DNA of 64,000 nucleotides from an uncultured bacterium (GTDB lineage Bacteria; Patescibacteriota; Gracilibacteria; Absconditabacterales; Absconditicoccaceae): NCBI GenBank assembly GCA_963517005.1, contig CAUQDZ010000002.1, positions 12,198 to 76,197 of the forward strand, read 5' to 3'. Shown piece by piece: positions 1 to 11,177 of this stretch (position 1 is its first letter; each line of letters starts with the position of its first letter). The notes under the pieces were generated by a model. It saw only the letters and a program-made list of their open reading frames with translations, ran no database searches and was not told where the DNA came from. The position numbers and the translations under genes were made by a program.

Positions 1-203
1 GTAGAAGACTCAAGAAAAGAGATTTCAGAAGATTGTGGATTGAGAGACTTTCAGCTGTAATTAGAGAAAGAGGAGGTAAATATTCTGTATTTGTAAATCT
101 TATGAATACAAAGGATATTAAGCTCGATAGAAAGGTACTTTCTAATATCGCAGTTGCCTTTCCAGCCGTGTTTGATGCAATTTATGATGAAGTCGTAAAA
201 TAA
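1..203 (+). CDS. rplT: 50S ribosomal protein L20, C-terminal part (5' end lies outside the window)
   Basis: Frame 3 reads ...RRLWIERLSAVIRERGGKYSVFVNLMNTKDIKLDRKVLSNIAVAFPAVFDAIYDEVVK with stop TAA at 201-203. This matches the conserved L20 C-terminus. Confidence 0.85.
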   Translation, partial: RRLKKRDFRRLWIERLSAVIRERGGKYSVFVNLMNTKDIKLDRKVLSNIAVAFPAVFDAIYDEVVK

Positions 204-260
204 AAATATTCCGAAAGAATAGGACGAAGAATAAAAAAGTCTGATTTCTTTCTTTGTTCT

Positions 261-346
261 GCCGGGGTGGTGGAATTGGTAGACACGAAGGACTTAAAAT
301 CCTTTGGGACTTAAATCCCGTGCCGGTTCGATTCCGGTCCTCGGCA
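261..346 (+). tRNA. tRNA-Leu, anticodon UAA (type II tRNA with long variable arm)
   Basis: Acceptor stem gccgggg/cctcggc. Anticodon stem aagga/tcctt with loop cTTAAaa. Long variable arm tgggacttaaatcccgt. T-arm gccgg-ttcgatt-ccggt. Confidence 0.85.
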
Positions 347-380
347 GTCGCTATTGTTTTTAATTGTTATTGTTATATCA

Positions 381-644
381 ATGGGATTTACCGTTCGAAG
401 AACAGGAGATTTGAATACTAATGAAAGAATTATCTCTTTTTACAAAAAGGAGCTTTGGTCTTCACATATCTTGGATAAAGCTAAGAAGCAAGTGCATTAT
501 GGAACTAAATGGTATAGAAAATTTGTAAGTTATGATTTTCCTTCTTCTAGAAGATATAAGAGAATGAGAGCGATTGTTTCAGATGCTTATAGAAAGACAA
601 AGAGAAAATACAATACTCTAGCACAACTTGGAAAGATTGTGTAA
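381..644 (+). CDS. hypothetical small basic protein
   Basis: Open frame from ATG 381 (the track ORF 354..644 starts at TTG) to TAA. Lys/Arg-rich with no recognisable motif. It fills the gap between the tRNA and rplU. Confidence 0.3.
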   Translation: MGFTVRRTGDLNTNERIISFYKKELWSSHILDKAKKQVHYGTKWYRKFVSYDFPSSRRYKRMRAIVSDAYRKTKRKYNTLAQLGKIV

Positions 645-670
645 ATTTATTTTGATATTTTGTATAAAGA

Positions 671-988
671 ATGTATGCAGTAGTAGATTTACAGGGACAT
701 CAATATATCGTTTCAGAAGGTGCTGAAATTGTAGTTGATAATCTTGGAGTTGCTCAATCTGAAAAATTCATAGCAGATAAAGTACTTGTGGCTTTTAGTC
801 AGGATGGTAAGGAAGTGAAAGTTGGAAAACCCACTATTGAGGGTGCAACTGTTGAATTTGAAGTAGGAGCTACTCAAAAAGGTGAAAAGGTAAAGATTCT
901 TAAGTTTAAGAGAAAAAATAGATATGCAAGACTTAAAGGATTTAGACCTCTTCAGACTATTTTAACTGTTAAAAAGATTAACGCTTAA
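671..988 (+). CDS. rplU: 50S ribosomal protein L21
   Basis: MYAVVDLQGHQYIVSEGAEIVVD... is a typical L21 N-terminus. The stop overlaps the infA start (TAATG). Confidence 0.95.
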   Translation: MYAVVDLQGHQYIVSEGAEIVVDNLGVAQSEKFIADKVLVAFSQDGKEVKVGKPTIEGATVEFEVGATQKGEKVKILKFKRKNRYARLKGFRPLQTILTVKKINA

Positions 989-1233
989 TGGCTAAATCTG
1001 GAGTATTAGAGCGAGATGGTGAGATTGTTGAAGTTTTGCCAGCTGGTAAATATATTGTAAAGCTTAAAGATACCGATATGATGATCAATTGTTATAAGGC
1101 GGGAAGAATGAAACAATCACATATTTCTGTTATTGAAGGAGATCATGTAAAGGTTGAAGTAAATCAATATGATATGAAACAGTGAAGAATTGTCTATAGA
1201 TATAATGTAGCAACCCAAACTCCTCAGAGTTAG
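988..1233 (+). CDS. infA: translation initiation factor IF-1
   Basis: S1-like IF-1 sequence. The track ORF stops at TGA 1183-1185, but reading through gives ...YDMKQ-G-RIVYRY..., the conserved IF-1 GRI(V)YR motif. True stop is TAG 1231-1233. Confidence 0.9.
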
Positions 1234-1264
1234 GAGACTTATTTACATAGTATATTAGATTGCG

Positions 1265-1381
1265 ATGAAAGTTGTAAATTCTCTTAAAAAGAGATGTATG
1301 TATTGTCAGATTGTAAAGAGAAAGTGAAGATTGTACGTAACTTGTAAGAAAAACCCTAGACATAAAGCTAGGCAAGGATAG
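1265..1381 (+). CDS. rpmJ: 50S ribosomal protein L36
   Basis: MKVVNSLKKRCMYCQIVKRK-[TGA 1325-1327 = G]-RLYVTCKKNPRHKARQG, stop TAG. Missed by the track because of the TGA and its small size. Confidence 0.9.
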
Positions 1382-1408
1382 TTTTTATTTATATATTTTT
1401 TTTGAGAG

Positions 1409-1783
1409 ATGTTTAGATTGATGGGACATGTTCTTCCAGAAGAAAAGTCTATTTGGATTGCATTAACTAATATTTATGGAATTGGTAGAGAAAGATCAAA
1501 GAAGATTCTTGCTGCTCTTGAAATTCCTTTCATGAAAAAAGTAAAGGAAATTTCTGAAGAAGAACAGAAGATGATTTCTGATGAACTCAAGAAATATGTT
1601 TTGGAAAATGATCTTAAGAGAGAGGTCGCATCTGCTATTAAGAGACTTAAGGAAATTAAATGTTATAGAGGTATGAGACATAACCTTGGACTTCCTGTGA
1701 GAGGGCAGCTTACAAGAAAAAATGGTAGAACTGCTAAAAAATTGCTTGGAAGAGCTAAGGTGAGACCAGTATTGAAGAAATAG
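1409..1783 (+). CDS. rpsM: 30S ribosomal protein S13
   Basis: ...ALTNIYGIGRERSKKIL...CYRGMRHNLGLPVRGQ.. are S13 signature stretches. Confidence 0.95.
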   Translation: MFRLMGHVLPEEKSIWIALTNIYGIGRERSKKILAALEIPFMKKVKEISEEEQKMISDELKKYVLENDLKREVASAIKRLKEIKCYRGMRHNLGLPVRGQLTRKNGRTAKKLLGRAKVRPVLKK

Positions 1784-1808
1784 TTTTATTTAATGTTTTC
1801 TACTTAAA

Positions 1809-2192
1809 ATGGCAGTTACAAAGGCAAAAAAGAAGGATATCAAGATTGTAAGTGGTATTTTGCATGTGCATACTACTTCAAATAATACTCTTATTACTCT
1901 TATCGATCAACAAGGTAACAAAATCCTTGGTGGAGGTACTGGTAAGGTAGGATACAAGGGGTCAAAGAAAAGTACTCCATATGCTGCAGAAGTATTGACA
2001 AAGCAAATCTTGAAAGATGGACAAGGATATGGATTGAAGGAAATTGGTATTATTTTCAAGGGAATTGGTATGGCTAGAGAAGGTGTTTTTAAGGCTATCA
2101 ATGAAGTTGGAGTTGTAGATATTGCTTATATCAAAGAAGAAACTGGAATCCAGTTTGGAGGATGTAAGGGTGAAAGACCAAAGAGAAACTAA
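1809..2192 (+). CDS. rpsK: 30S ribosomal protein S11
   Basis: GILHVHTTSNNTLITLIDQQGN...GYKGSKKSTPYAAE is typical S11. It sits between rpsM and rpsD as expected. Confidence 0.95.
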   Translation: MAVTKAKKKDIKIVSGILHVHTTSNNTLITLIDQQGNKILGGGTGKVGYKGSKKSTPYAAEVLTKQILKDGQGYGLKEIGIIFKGIGMAREGVFKAINEVGVVDIAYIKEETGIQFGGCKGERPKRN

Positions 2193-2255
2193 TTTTTCTT
2201 TGAAGAAGAATCGTTGTCAAATATCAGATTTATTTATCTATTTTCGTAGTGAATT

Positions 2256-2873
2256 ATGAGATACACTGGAGCTAAATTTAGACTATGTAGAAGAGAAGGA
2301 GTTAATCTTTTCGGGTCTCAAAAGTATAATCTTAAAAAAAGAAAGGCTCTCCCTGGTCAGCATGGAGCAAATATGCAGAGAAATTCTGAATATGGAAAGC
2401 TTTTGAGAAATAAGCAAGTGGTAAAGAGAAGTTATCTTCTTTCTGAAAAGCAGTTTGCAACTATCGTTAAAAAGACAGCTGCAAAGTTTGCAAAAAATAG
2501 AGGTCTTAGTCATGACTTTGCTTTGTTTCAGTTTCTTGAGAGAAGACTTGATGTTATTATCCTTAGAGCTGGACTTGCAAATACTATTATGCAAGCAAGA
2601 CAAATGGTAGTACATGGACATTTCCTTCTTAATGGAAGAAAACATAATGTTCCATCTACTTTTGTTGAAGCAGGTGATAAGATTACTATTAAAGAAAAAC
2701 TTAAGAATTCTCCACTTTATGCTAATACAAATTCATCAGCTGCTAAGGTTCCATCTTGGATCAAGGTTGATAGAAACGCATATGCTGTAGAGGTTCTTGC
2801 TCTTCCTCAGAAATGAGAAGTTGAGCCATTGGGAGATCTTCTTAAAGTAATTGAATTCTACGCGAGAGCATAG
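2256..2873 (+). CDS. rpsD: 30S ribosomal protein S4
   Basis: MRYTGAKFRLCRREG... is an S4 N-terminus. Read-through of TGA 2814-2816 adds ...EVEPLGDLLKVIEFYARA, resembling the S4 C-terminal ..VELYSK tail. Stop TAG 2871-2873. Confidence 0.9.
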
Positions 2874-2924
2874 TAATCAAAATTAAGCCAAATAAAAAAA
2901 ACTTTATATTATCTTTCCATTGCC

Positions 2925-3929
2925 ATGTTGAATATACAACAATTTATTGGAGTTCCAAAGATTACTTTTAGTCAGTTGGACAATGGAGCTACAAAGTTTG
3001 AGCTAAAATATGTCCCAAGAGGTTTCTGACATACTTTGGGAAATGCCTTGAGAAGAATTATTTTGGCTTATAATCTTGGAGGTGCAATTACTGGTGTGAA
3101 AATTAAAGGGGTACCTCATGAGTACGATGTAATCTCTGGAGTAAAAGAAAATGTAATCAATATTCTCTTGAATCTTAAGAAGCTTCGCTTTAAGATAGAT
3201 GAAAATACTGAATCTATTCAATGGGTTAGTCAAAAGATTAAAGGGATTGGAAAATATATCTCTTCTGATCTTAAATTTCCTACAGGTATTGAATTGCTTA
3301 ATCCTGAAGAAGAACTCTTTGAAATTACTGAGAGTTCTACAGAAATTGAAATGGAGATTAGAATTGAAAAAGGATATGGATATTATAGTCTGGATTACTT
3401 GAGACAGAGAGATAGAAGTTGAGAAGAAGCTTCAGAAGAAGTTGGATTCTTGCTTATAGATAATGACTTCTCTCTTGTTGATTATGTAAGATATGACGTA
3501 GAAGAAGTGATTGAAGACTTCAGCGGAAATACAAAAGATGCACTTAATATAGAATTAAGAGTAAAATATGATACAATCTCAGCTAGAGAGATTATAATGT
3601 TTGCTGGTGAAGTTCTTGCAAATTATGCTAAGCTCTTTGTCTTTGATGGAGTATATATTGACAAGTCTGTTTTGGTTGACTATGATGATTTGGTTGAGGA
3701 AACAGAAAATGTTGTAGAAGAAAATGGATCTGCAAAAACAATGCCTATTGATGCTCTTCCATTGAGTGAAAGAACAAGAAATGCATTGATCAAGAATGAA
3801 ATTCTTTATGTTGAAGATCTTGAAAAGAAAAAGAAATCTGAACTTCTCGTGATGAAGGGAGTTGGAAGAAAAGCAATTGATGAAATTACCTCTTCCCTAT
3901 CAAATATTGGAAAAGTATTGATTGGGTAG
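2925..3929 (+). CDS. rpoA: DNA-directed RNA polymerase subunit alpha
   Basis: ATG 2925 is in frame with track ORFs 3036..3422 and 3450..3929. TGA 3027-3029 falls in RGF-G-HTLGNALRR, the conserved RpoA motif, and there is a second TGA at 3420-3422. Confidence 0.9.
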
Positions 3930-3966
3930 AATGGAATAGAAAATTTATCATTTATTATATGTTAAA

Positions 3967-4353
3967 ATGAGACACAAGTATAACAAGCTCTTGCAAGTAA
4001 ATACAGGAGTAAAGAGCAAATCAGTATTTATGAGAATGCAGCTTTCAAGTCTTCTTAGAGCTGGAAAGTTGACAACAACTCCAAAGAGAGCAAAGGTATT
4101 GAAAGCTTATACTGATGAATTTTTTTCTACATTGCTTAATATTTCAGCAAAATATGAGGAAAAAGATGCAACTAGAGAAGCGATCAGATTTGTAAAATCA
4201 GTAGTATATGGAGAAGCAGAAGGAAAGAAAGTAATTGAAACATTGCTTCCAAAATATAAAGAAGAAAAGAGAAAATCTGGATTCACTACAGAGTACAAAC
4301 TCGGATATAGAGTTGGTGATGCTTCACAAAAAATTATGCTCAAGCTAGCGTAA
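3967..4353 (+). CDS. rplQ: 50S ribosomal protein L17
   Basis: MRHKYNKL...TTTPKRAKVLK... is L17-like, and it follows rpoA as in the canonical alpha operon. Confidence 0.9.
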   Translation: MRHKYNKLLQVNTGVKSKSVFMRMQLSSLLRAGKLTTTPKRAKVLKAYTDEFFSTLLNISAKYEEKDATREAIRFVKSVVYGEAEGKKVIETLLPKYKEEKRKSGFTTEYKLGYRVGDASQKIMLKLA

Positions 4354-4437
4354 TAATAAAGGAGTGAGTTATAATTTATTGAGTATTTGAGATTTTACCT
4401 CTCGAAGAGGATATTTTAGTTATCGTATTGAGAAACA

Positions 4438-4896
4438 ATGGAGTTTACTAAAAAGGATTTAAATAAGACCATCTGGATTAAGCAAACAGACCAAGAAAAA
4501 AATAGAAGATGGTATCGTGTTGATGCTACTGGAAAGACCTTGGGAAGATTAGCAGTAGATATTGCTAAAAAATTGATGGGAAAAGATAAGTCTTATTATT
4601 CAGATTTCTGGGATGCGGGAAGTTTCGTAATCGTAGAAAATGTGGATCAAATTGCTGTTACAGGAAGAAAATTGACTGATAAGGTTTATTACTCATATAG
4701 TGGGTATAAAGGAAATTTGAAGAGTATTACACTTGGAGAATTGCTCAAAAAGAATCCTGGTAAAGCTCTATGGTATGCTGTAAGAGGTATGCTTCCTAAA
4801 AATAAGCTTAGAGATGCTAGAATCAAGAGAATGAAGCTTATTAAAGGAACTACTACAAAATACGATAATTTTAAACCACTTAACTTGTATAAATAA
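4438..4896 (+). CDS. rplM: 50S ribosomal protein L13
   Basis: ...RRWYRVDATGKTLGRLAVDIAKKLMGK... is typical L13. It forms the rplM-rpsI pair. Confidence 0.95.
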   Translation: MEFTKKDLNKTIWIKQTDQEKNRRWYRVDATGKTLGRLAVDIAKKLMGKDKSYYSDFWDAGSFVIVENVDQIAVTGRKLTDKVYYSYSGYKGNLKSITLGELLKKNPGKALWYAVRGMLPKNKLRDARIKRMKLIKGTTTKYDNFKPLNLYK

Positions 4897-5318
4897 TGGC
4901 AAACAGAGAATATAATTATGCAGTAGGAAGAAGAAAGGAAACTACTGCAACTGTAAAGTTGTATGCTAAGGGAGCAGGAAATTTTGTTTTGAAGACAGCA
5001 ACAGGAAAGGAATATACTCTTGCTGATTATTTTGGAGGTAATCATTACCTTTATCAAAATGCACTTGCACCTTTCACTACACTCGGAAACGATGTAGCAA
5101 GCAAATTTGATGCTGAAATCAAGATCGTTGGAGGTGGAATTGCTGGTCAGTCTGATGCTATTAAACTTGCTTTTGCAAGAGCTTTGATTGATTGGAATTC
5201 TGAACTCAGAGTTTCTTTGAAACCTCATGGATTGCTTAAAAGAGATCCAAGAGTTAAGGAAAGAAAAAAGCCAGGTTTGAAGAAAGCGAGAAAAGCTCCT
5301 ACATGGTCAAAGAGATAA
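4896..5318 (+). CDS. rpsI: 30S ribosomal protein S9
   Basis: ...YAVGRRKETTATVKL...GGGIAGQSDAIKLAFARAL...KKARKAPTWSKR is typical S9. Confidence 0.95.
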   Translation: MANREYNYAVGRRKETTATVKLYAKGAGNFVLKTATGKEYTLADYFGGNHYLYQNALAPFTTLGNDVASKFDAEIKIVGGGIAGQSDAIKLAFARALIDWNSELRVSLKPHGLLKRDPRVKERKKPGLKKARKAPTWSKR

Positions 5319-5334
5319 TTTTTTCCAAAATACA

Positions 5335-5363
5335 AAGCCCGAATTTTCAGCGGGCTTTTTTTT
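5335..5363 (+). terminator. rho-independent terminator after rpsI
   Basis: 7-bp GC-containing stem aagcccg/cgggctt followed by a T-run. Confidence 0.7.
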
Positions 5364-5511
5364 AGGGAGAATTTTATGAGATTTGATTGTGTAACCAAAG
5401 ATTATTCTCAAAATAACAAAAAAAGACAAGAATCAGAGTTTTGACTTCTTTTTGATTTCAGAGTGTGGTTATTGTCTTAGCTCTTTTTATTCTACTTTTT
5501 GTACAACGACA

Positions 5512-6096
5512 ATGCAAAGAAATAAGGACATTATTCTTTTTGGAATTCAAGGTTCTGGAAAATGAACACAAGCGGCAAAGCTTTTGACAGAATTCCCAAG
5601 TTATAAATATCTGGAGCCAGGAAATATATTCAGAGCTATTAATTCCAATACCAATATGGTTTCTCAGTATGTAAAGGAAACGATGAAAAAAGGAGCTATG
5701 GTGAAAAATAGTCTCGTGTTTGATCTTTTTAATCTCTGTTCTCATCTTTTGGAGTCTAATGAAGCCTTTTTGATCGATGGATTTCCAAGAAATATGCAAC
5801 AGATGGATTATTTTCTTGCTCATCAAGCGATGAATGATAGAGATTATATCTGTATTTATTTTGATCTTCCAAGAAATCTTGCAGTTGAGAGAATTCAGAT
5901 TAGAGCACATTTGCAAGGACGTGAAGATGATTTGAATATGGAAACGGTCAACAAGAGGCTAGATCTTTTTGAACAGGAAACTTTGCCAGTAATTGAGCAT
6001 CTCAGATCTCGTGGAAAGCTTGTAACAATTAATGCAAATCAGCCAATTGAAACTGTTTTTGCTCAGGTAAAGCAAGAACTTGGATTGACAAACTAG
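5512..6096 (+). CDS. adk: adenylate kinase
   Basis: ATG 5512 is in frame with track ORF 5584..6096. The N-terminus ILFGIQGSGK-[TGA 5563-5565 = G]-TQAAKL is the Adk P-loop G-x-x-G-x-GKGTQ, and IDGFPRN follows later. Confidence 0.9.
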
Positions 6097-6160
6097 TAAA
6101 AATAGAGGTTTAAACTATATATCTTTGTAAAAAATAAAAAAAATCTGACGAAAGATGATG

Positions 6161-6188
6161 AACTGACTTTTAAAGTCAGTTTTTTTCC
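6161..6188 (+). terminator. rho-independent terminator after adk
   Basis: aactgactt-ttaa-aagtcagtt hairpin followed by a T-run. Confidence 0.6.
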
Positions 6189-6326
6189 TTTTTCTAAAAA
6201 TATTATATTATATCATAAAATAAGAAAATGACAAGGAGATTGTTAGTTAAGAAAGATGAAAAAAATGACAAATAAATTCTTTGGAGTATAATTATTTATG
6301 AAGTTTTTATTCTATTTAATGCTAAG

Positions 6327-6608
6327 ATGACCAAGAAAGAATATATTCTGACCTTGCTAGACAAGGTAAAGGATATGTGGGAGCCAGCTAGAGGCTTTGC
6401 AGTATTATTGAGATATGATGTCTTGAATAATGATCAGATCCAGCAACTTTTTGAGCTGTTCCAGAGTTTGGTTAATCAGACGCTTAATTCGCAAAATAAA
6501 TACAAGATTCAACAAGCTATGCAAAGAGTTGCACAAATAAATACTCAAGAATTTCAAAATACAGTACAAATAGAAAAAGAGTTAGATCAAATTTTAGGAG
6601 AAATATAG
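6327..6608 (+). CDS. hypothetical protein (93 aa, helical)
   Basis: Clean ATG..TAG ORF with no overlap. No recognisable motif. Confidence 0.45.
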   Translation: MTKKEYILTLLDKVKDMWEPARGFAVLLRYDVLNNDQIQQLFELFQSLVNQTLNSQNKYKIQQAMQRVAQINTQEFQNTVQIEKELDQILGEI

Positions 6609-6654
6609 TAAATTTAAAACGAAAAAATATTTTTTATTACTTATTATTAGTAAA

Positions 6655-9600
6655 ATGATGGATACTAATGAATCATATGCATCAGTTTGAAAAACAAAGC
6701 GAACAAAAGTCTCTGGAACTAATGATCTCTATGACTGAGGACAATTACCAGAAGTTTCTGTAACTGGAAAAAAGCCTCAAAATAAAGAGGGAGAGAAATG
6801 ACTCAAGAAAATAGGGACTTTAGATCTAAAAAAGATTGTAGAGGAGCCTAAAGTTGATCCATCGGATCTAGCAAAATTAAAAGCAGTTTTAGAATGAAGG
6901 CAAGATGAAGCAGTTAAGAGATTATTAGCTTCTTCTTTGGATAAAAATATTGGAAAACAACTCTTGAATGTTCTAGGAGGAATAGATCCTAATAGGTTAA
7001 AAGCAGTTTATGAAAATCTTACTCCACAAGAGAGAAATAATATGGAGTCCCTTTTGAAAAAAGTTGAAAATCAAGAAAATAGAGATAGAGTGCGTTTGAT
7101 TAACTGAGTTATCGAGATGACAAAAATTGAACTTGAGAATTTTAGAGGACAGATCTTGGAGCAAACTGCGTTTATACCTGAATCCTCAAATTCTAAAATT
7201 GAAAAAACTACTACTGAACTTAACTCATCTAACAATCAAGAATCTATCTCAAAAACAGAAAAGAAAAATCTGAATAAAATCCTTGATGGAGATTTCCTTG
7301 TAGAAGAAAAATTCAATAAAGTAGAAAAAGGACTCAGATCAGATTTTAGAAAGTTGATCGATTTGGTGGAAAATACCGCCTCTTTGAAAAGAGTATTTAA
7401 TGTTTTGAAAGCTCAGGTAGATGCTAAAATTGCACTTCCAGATTGGTCTAAACTTTTCGTAAAAGAAAATGGTGAACAATGGACAGAAAAAGAGCTTAAT
7501 AAACTTCAACAAGCATATTTGGCTTACTTGGAGTCTAAAAAGGATAATGCAGATACTGCCAGATGGAACCGTGTAATGAATGCTCTTGAATCAGGAATTA
7601 TCAATGGAGAGAAGAGCTTAGATGTAATCTATCAAGAAAATGTAAGTAGACCAATTTCCAAAAAAGAAAGAAATCAGGGGATTGAAGATGAACAGAGGAA
7701 ATTTAGACTTGAGCTTGCAAAAAATGGAAAGGCAAGCGAATGGAAAAATAATTACATGCAACAAAATCGAGAAGAGATTCAAGATATGCAGCAAAATTGG
7801 CTTTATGAAGGATATGTAGGATCAGAAATTTCTAAAATGACGGAAGATTATCTCAATGATAGATTTGATTCCTACACCAGAAAGGAGTGGAAAAACCATC
7901 TCAAAGAAGAACAAAAAAACTGAATTCAGAAGTCAGATTTAGGTAATTTTAGAGTTTTGGTTGATAGTATTAAAGATCAAAGTACTGATAATCAAATTTC
8001 TGCATTACTTACCGATACGAATTTTGATGGAGTAAGAAATCATCTCGATGGAAGAGGAACTAAAAGAGGAGATCAAATTGATCTAGCAATTCGTATGGCT
8101 CAGGCTGAGGGATTGTCCATGGATGCTATTGCTAGAAATATTGTGATTCATTTACATACCAAAAAATGAGAAGAATTTGATGGTGCTGTACCCGGTACAG
8201 CAAATACCTTTGCTGCTTGGCTTAGATCAGATATTAAACATGCAAGACTTGTGCAATCAGCACTCATGGATACGCCAGAAAATGCTGTAGATATTATGAG
8301 ATATGGAGCAGATGCACTTAAAAAGACACTTGAAGCGCAAAAGTTAACACCAGAAGAGTTAAAACAGATCGAAGATAAAATCAATACTGATCCTGCAACG
8401 AGAGAACTCTCTCAGCAAGCAAGAGATACGTTGATGGCAAATCTTTCAAGTTATTTGCTCTCTAAGATGAGAGAACCAGGAGTAAATGCAAATGTCAATG
8501 GTCTCGGAGTTGGAGTGAATGTCCCACTAAATCAGATTTTGAAAGGACTTTCCTTTAATCTAGGAACAGGAGCTTCTCTTGAGGGACAACCATTTGCATG
8601 AATAAGTGTTGCATGGAATACTGAAGTTGCTAAGTGGGATACAGGAAATGTTTCAGCTGGAATCTTTGCTGGAACAACACTTGGAATTATTCCAATTTAT
8701 GGCTTTAGCGTAGGAGTCAAACAAGATCTTAATGCCAAAAAAGTTCTTGGAAATATTGATCCAACCTCTCTTACGTCTCTCTCTATAGGTGGAAATATGA
8801 CTATGCTCGGACCTATCCCATCTTGGGGTGTGTCTGTAGGCATTGATAAGGATAAAATCGCTGGTATCGAAAAACAATACGATCATATCAAAAAGGAGAT
8901 TACTCCAATTATCGAGAAACTTCTAACCAAAGATAAAGATGGTAACTATCCAGATATTACAGCAACCCTCAAAACACTTTTCAATACCTCATCAGATGCT
9001 GAAATCAAAAAAGCAGCAGAAAATCTGACTTCCGTGATTGAAAGAACTAAAGCAGAAAATTTAGATCCAAAAGAGGCTGCTCAACTTGTCGGACAGCGAT
9101 ATGCAGAGAGTTGGAGAAATAATGCCGTACATGGTTTGCCAAAAGAATGGAGATTTACAGGAGCATCTCTTGGAGCACAGTTTATAGCAGGATTCTTACC
9201 AATAGCTACACTTAGTGTAACATTGACTAAATATAAGAATCTCTCACATAGCGATTCTCCAGAGTCAAGGGCTCGCCTCCAGCAAAGTATTGATGCAGGA
9301 AGAGGAGATAGAACGAGAGAATCTATCCAAAAGCAAGATTTTGAAAATATCAAAAAACAACTACAAGCAATAAATGTCCTCAATCCTAATGACAAACTAG
9401 AAATGAAAGATAACTGAGAACTTGTTTTATCTCTCTCACTCCTCAATAAAATTGGATTTAAGGTAAAAATCAATGAAAACTTGAAAGGATATATCAAGTC
9501 AGAAAATGGTACTTTGACTATTCCAGCAGGAGTATCTTACCGTTTCTTGACTTCAGCGAGAGCTAATGGTTCTGTTTCAGAACTTGATATTGGATATAAG

Positions 9601-11139
9601 GGAGCTGGATCTAGAGCTATGAAGCACTTAAATTCAGATTCTTTGAAAGAGTATGTCGGACTTAAGGATTATGGTCTTGACCAGAATATTACAGGATTGG
9701 CAAGTGCATTAGCTAAATTAGATTTCTCAGTTGGTGCAAATGGAATCATACCTAAAACAGTCCCTAATCCAAAGCTTGTTGTTATCGATCTAAATGGAAA
9801 GATTAGTCAAGGAACTCAAGATCATAAACGAAAAGAAATTTGAACTCTGACTAAAGATTCAGGTCTTGCTATCGACAAGGATGGAAATGTCTCAATCACA
9901 AAAGAAAAAGGAAAAATTACCAAAGAAAGTGTTGCTTCATTGACTCTTGATCAAAAATTGAATAATGAAGTAACTTCACTCTTTGATTCGAATACTATCA
10001 ATAGTCTCGTAAGACTAAGCAAACAAAGAGCTCAATTTGATAACTTCAGAGGCTTCCTCGCAAATGCAAAAGCCATGAAAGCAGAATATATAGCAGCGGC
10101 AAAAGATTTGATGAAAATGCTTCCAGATGCTCATTATAGTTGACTTAAAACAGCTTTGGGTATTAAAGAGGAAAATGGAAAGAAAGAGTTTGCAAATCCA
10201 GAACTCGCAACTCAGATTATGGATAGACTGAAAGCTGTCTTTGCGACAATTCCAGATTCTCTAAAGGCTTCGAAAACTGCAGTAGAAAACCTTGCAAGAC
10301 AGAGAAATTCAGAGTATATGAGAAATCATGATAAAAAATCTGTTTTGGAGGATTTCTCTGCTGGTAAGTTAAAAATTGATTATGTAGGATTGGCAGGTCA
10401 GCTTTCTCCTAAGCCTGAATCAAAACCTATGGAGAATTTGATTGGTTTTACTGCATTCTATAGAAGAAATGCAAAAGATGCGAGGGGAATGTCAATGACA
10501 GCCTACGGGCAGACAAATGTGCTTGATAAGACATTCCCAGTAGAAAAAGAGCAAGAAGCTCAAGCAAAACAGTGGCTTCTCGAAAATCTTGAAAAGCAAC
10601 CAATGCAACTTAAAGCTATCGCAAAGAGTATTGGAAAATTTGAAGAAAACTCTGGTGCTTTGACAAATGATGGATATCTTTCAGAAAAGTCTATAAAAGC
10701 ACTATTAAGTTGAAAATCTATTGATTTATGAAAGCAAAAGATTACATTAAATACTCAAATTGTCAAGTACTTCTTGGCTGAGTGTGCAAACGAATCTATT
10801 GGAATTCAGATTGATGGAATCACAATTGAAGACTCTCAGCATGTAGTTCAAGAACCGATAGGGATGACGTTTAATGCTTCGGAGACTACCACTCGTGCTA
10901 ATGTAGAGCAGCAAAAGTTTACTCCTGGATTATCATTTGGTGGAGGAAAGGAAGTTGAAAAAAAGCAAGATGATGGATATGGAGGACATACTGAACAAGA
11001 AGGATGAATAAGTACAGGATCTGGTAATGGCGGAACTCCTTTAGAAGTTCATAGAGGATCAACAGACCAAGACTCAAGTATCCATGCCTGATCGGGAACA
11101 GGATGAAGAGAAAATGGAAATGGATGAGGAGGTAGATAG
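6655..11139 (+). CDS. giant hypothetical protein (1494 aa): coiled-coil-rich, central Gly-rich hydrophobic segment, Gly-rich tail, no signal peptide
   Basis: Track ORFs 7117..7923, 7957..8169, 8251..8601, 8797..9417, 9481..9843, 9940..10143, 10156..10713 and 10774..11007 share one frame (coordinate mod 3 = 1) and are separated only by TGA. I read all joins from ATG 6655 to TAG 11137-11139 and found no TAA/TAG. Confidence 0.7.
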
Positions 11140-11177
11140 TATAATAAGCAGAAAGTAATATTTTATTGATTTAGTAA

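Noticed and set aside
4689-5228. Long antisense track ORFs overlapping conserved genes. Examples: 4689..5228 (-) over rplM/rpsI, 5458..5916 (-) over adk, 1130..1375 (-), 2283..2645 (-), 33240..33665 (-), 49382..49756 (+) over mscL, 56060..56458 (+) over the CobW-like gene, 62785..63129 (-).
   Set aside because: Each lies opposite or out of frame to a gene with clear family motifs. Their products are low-complexity (Ser/Leu/Phe/Ile-rich), typical of shadow ORFs in AT-rich DNA.
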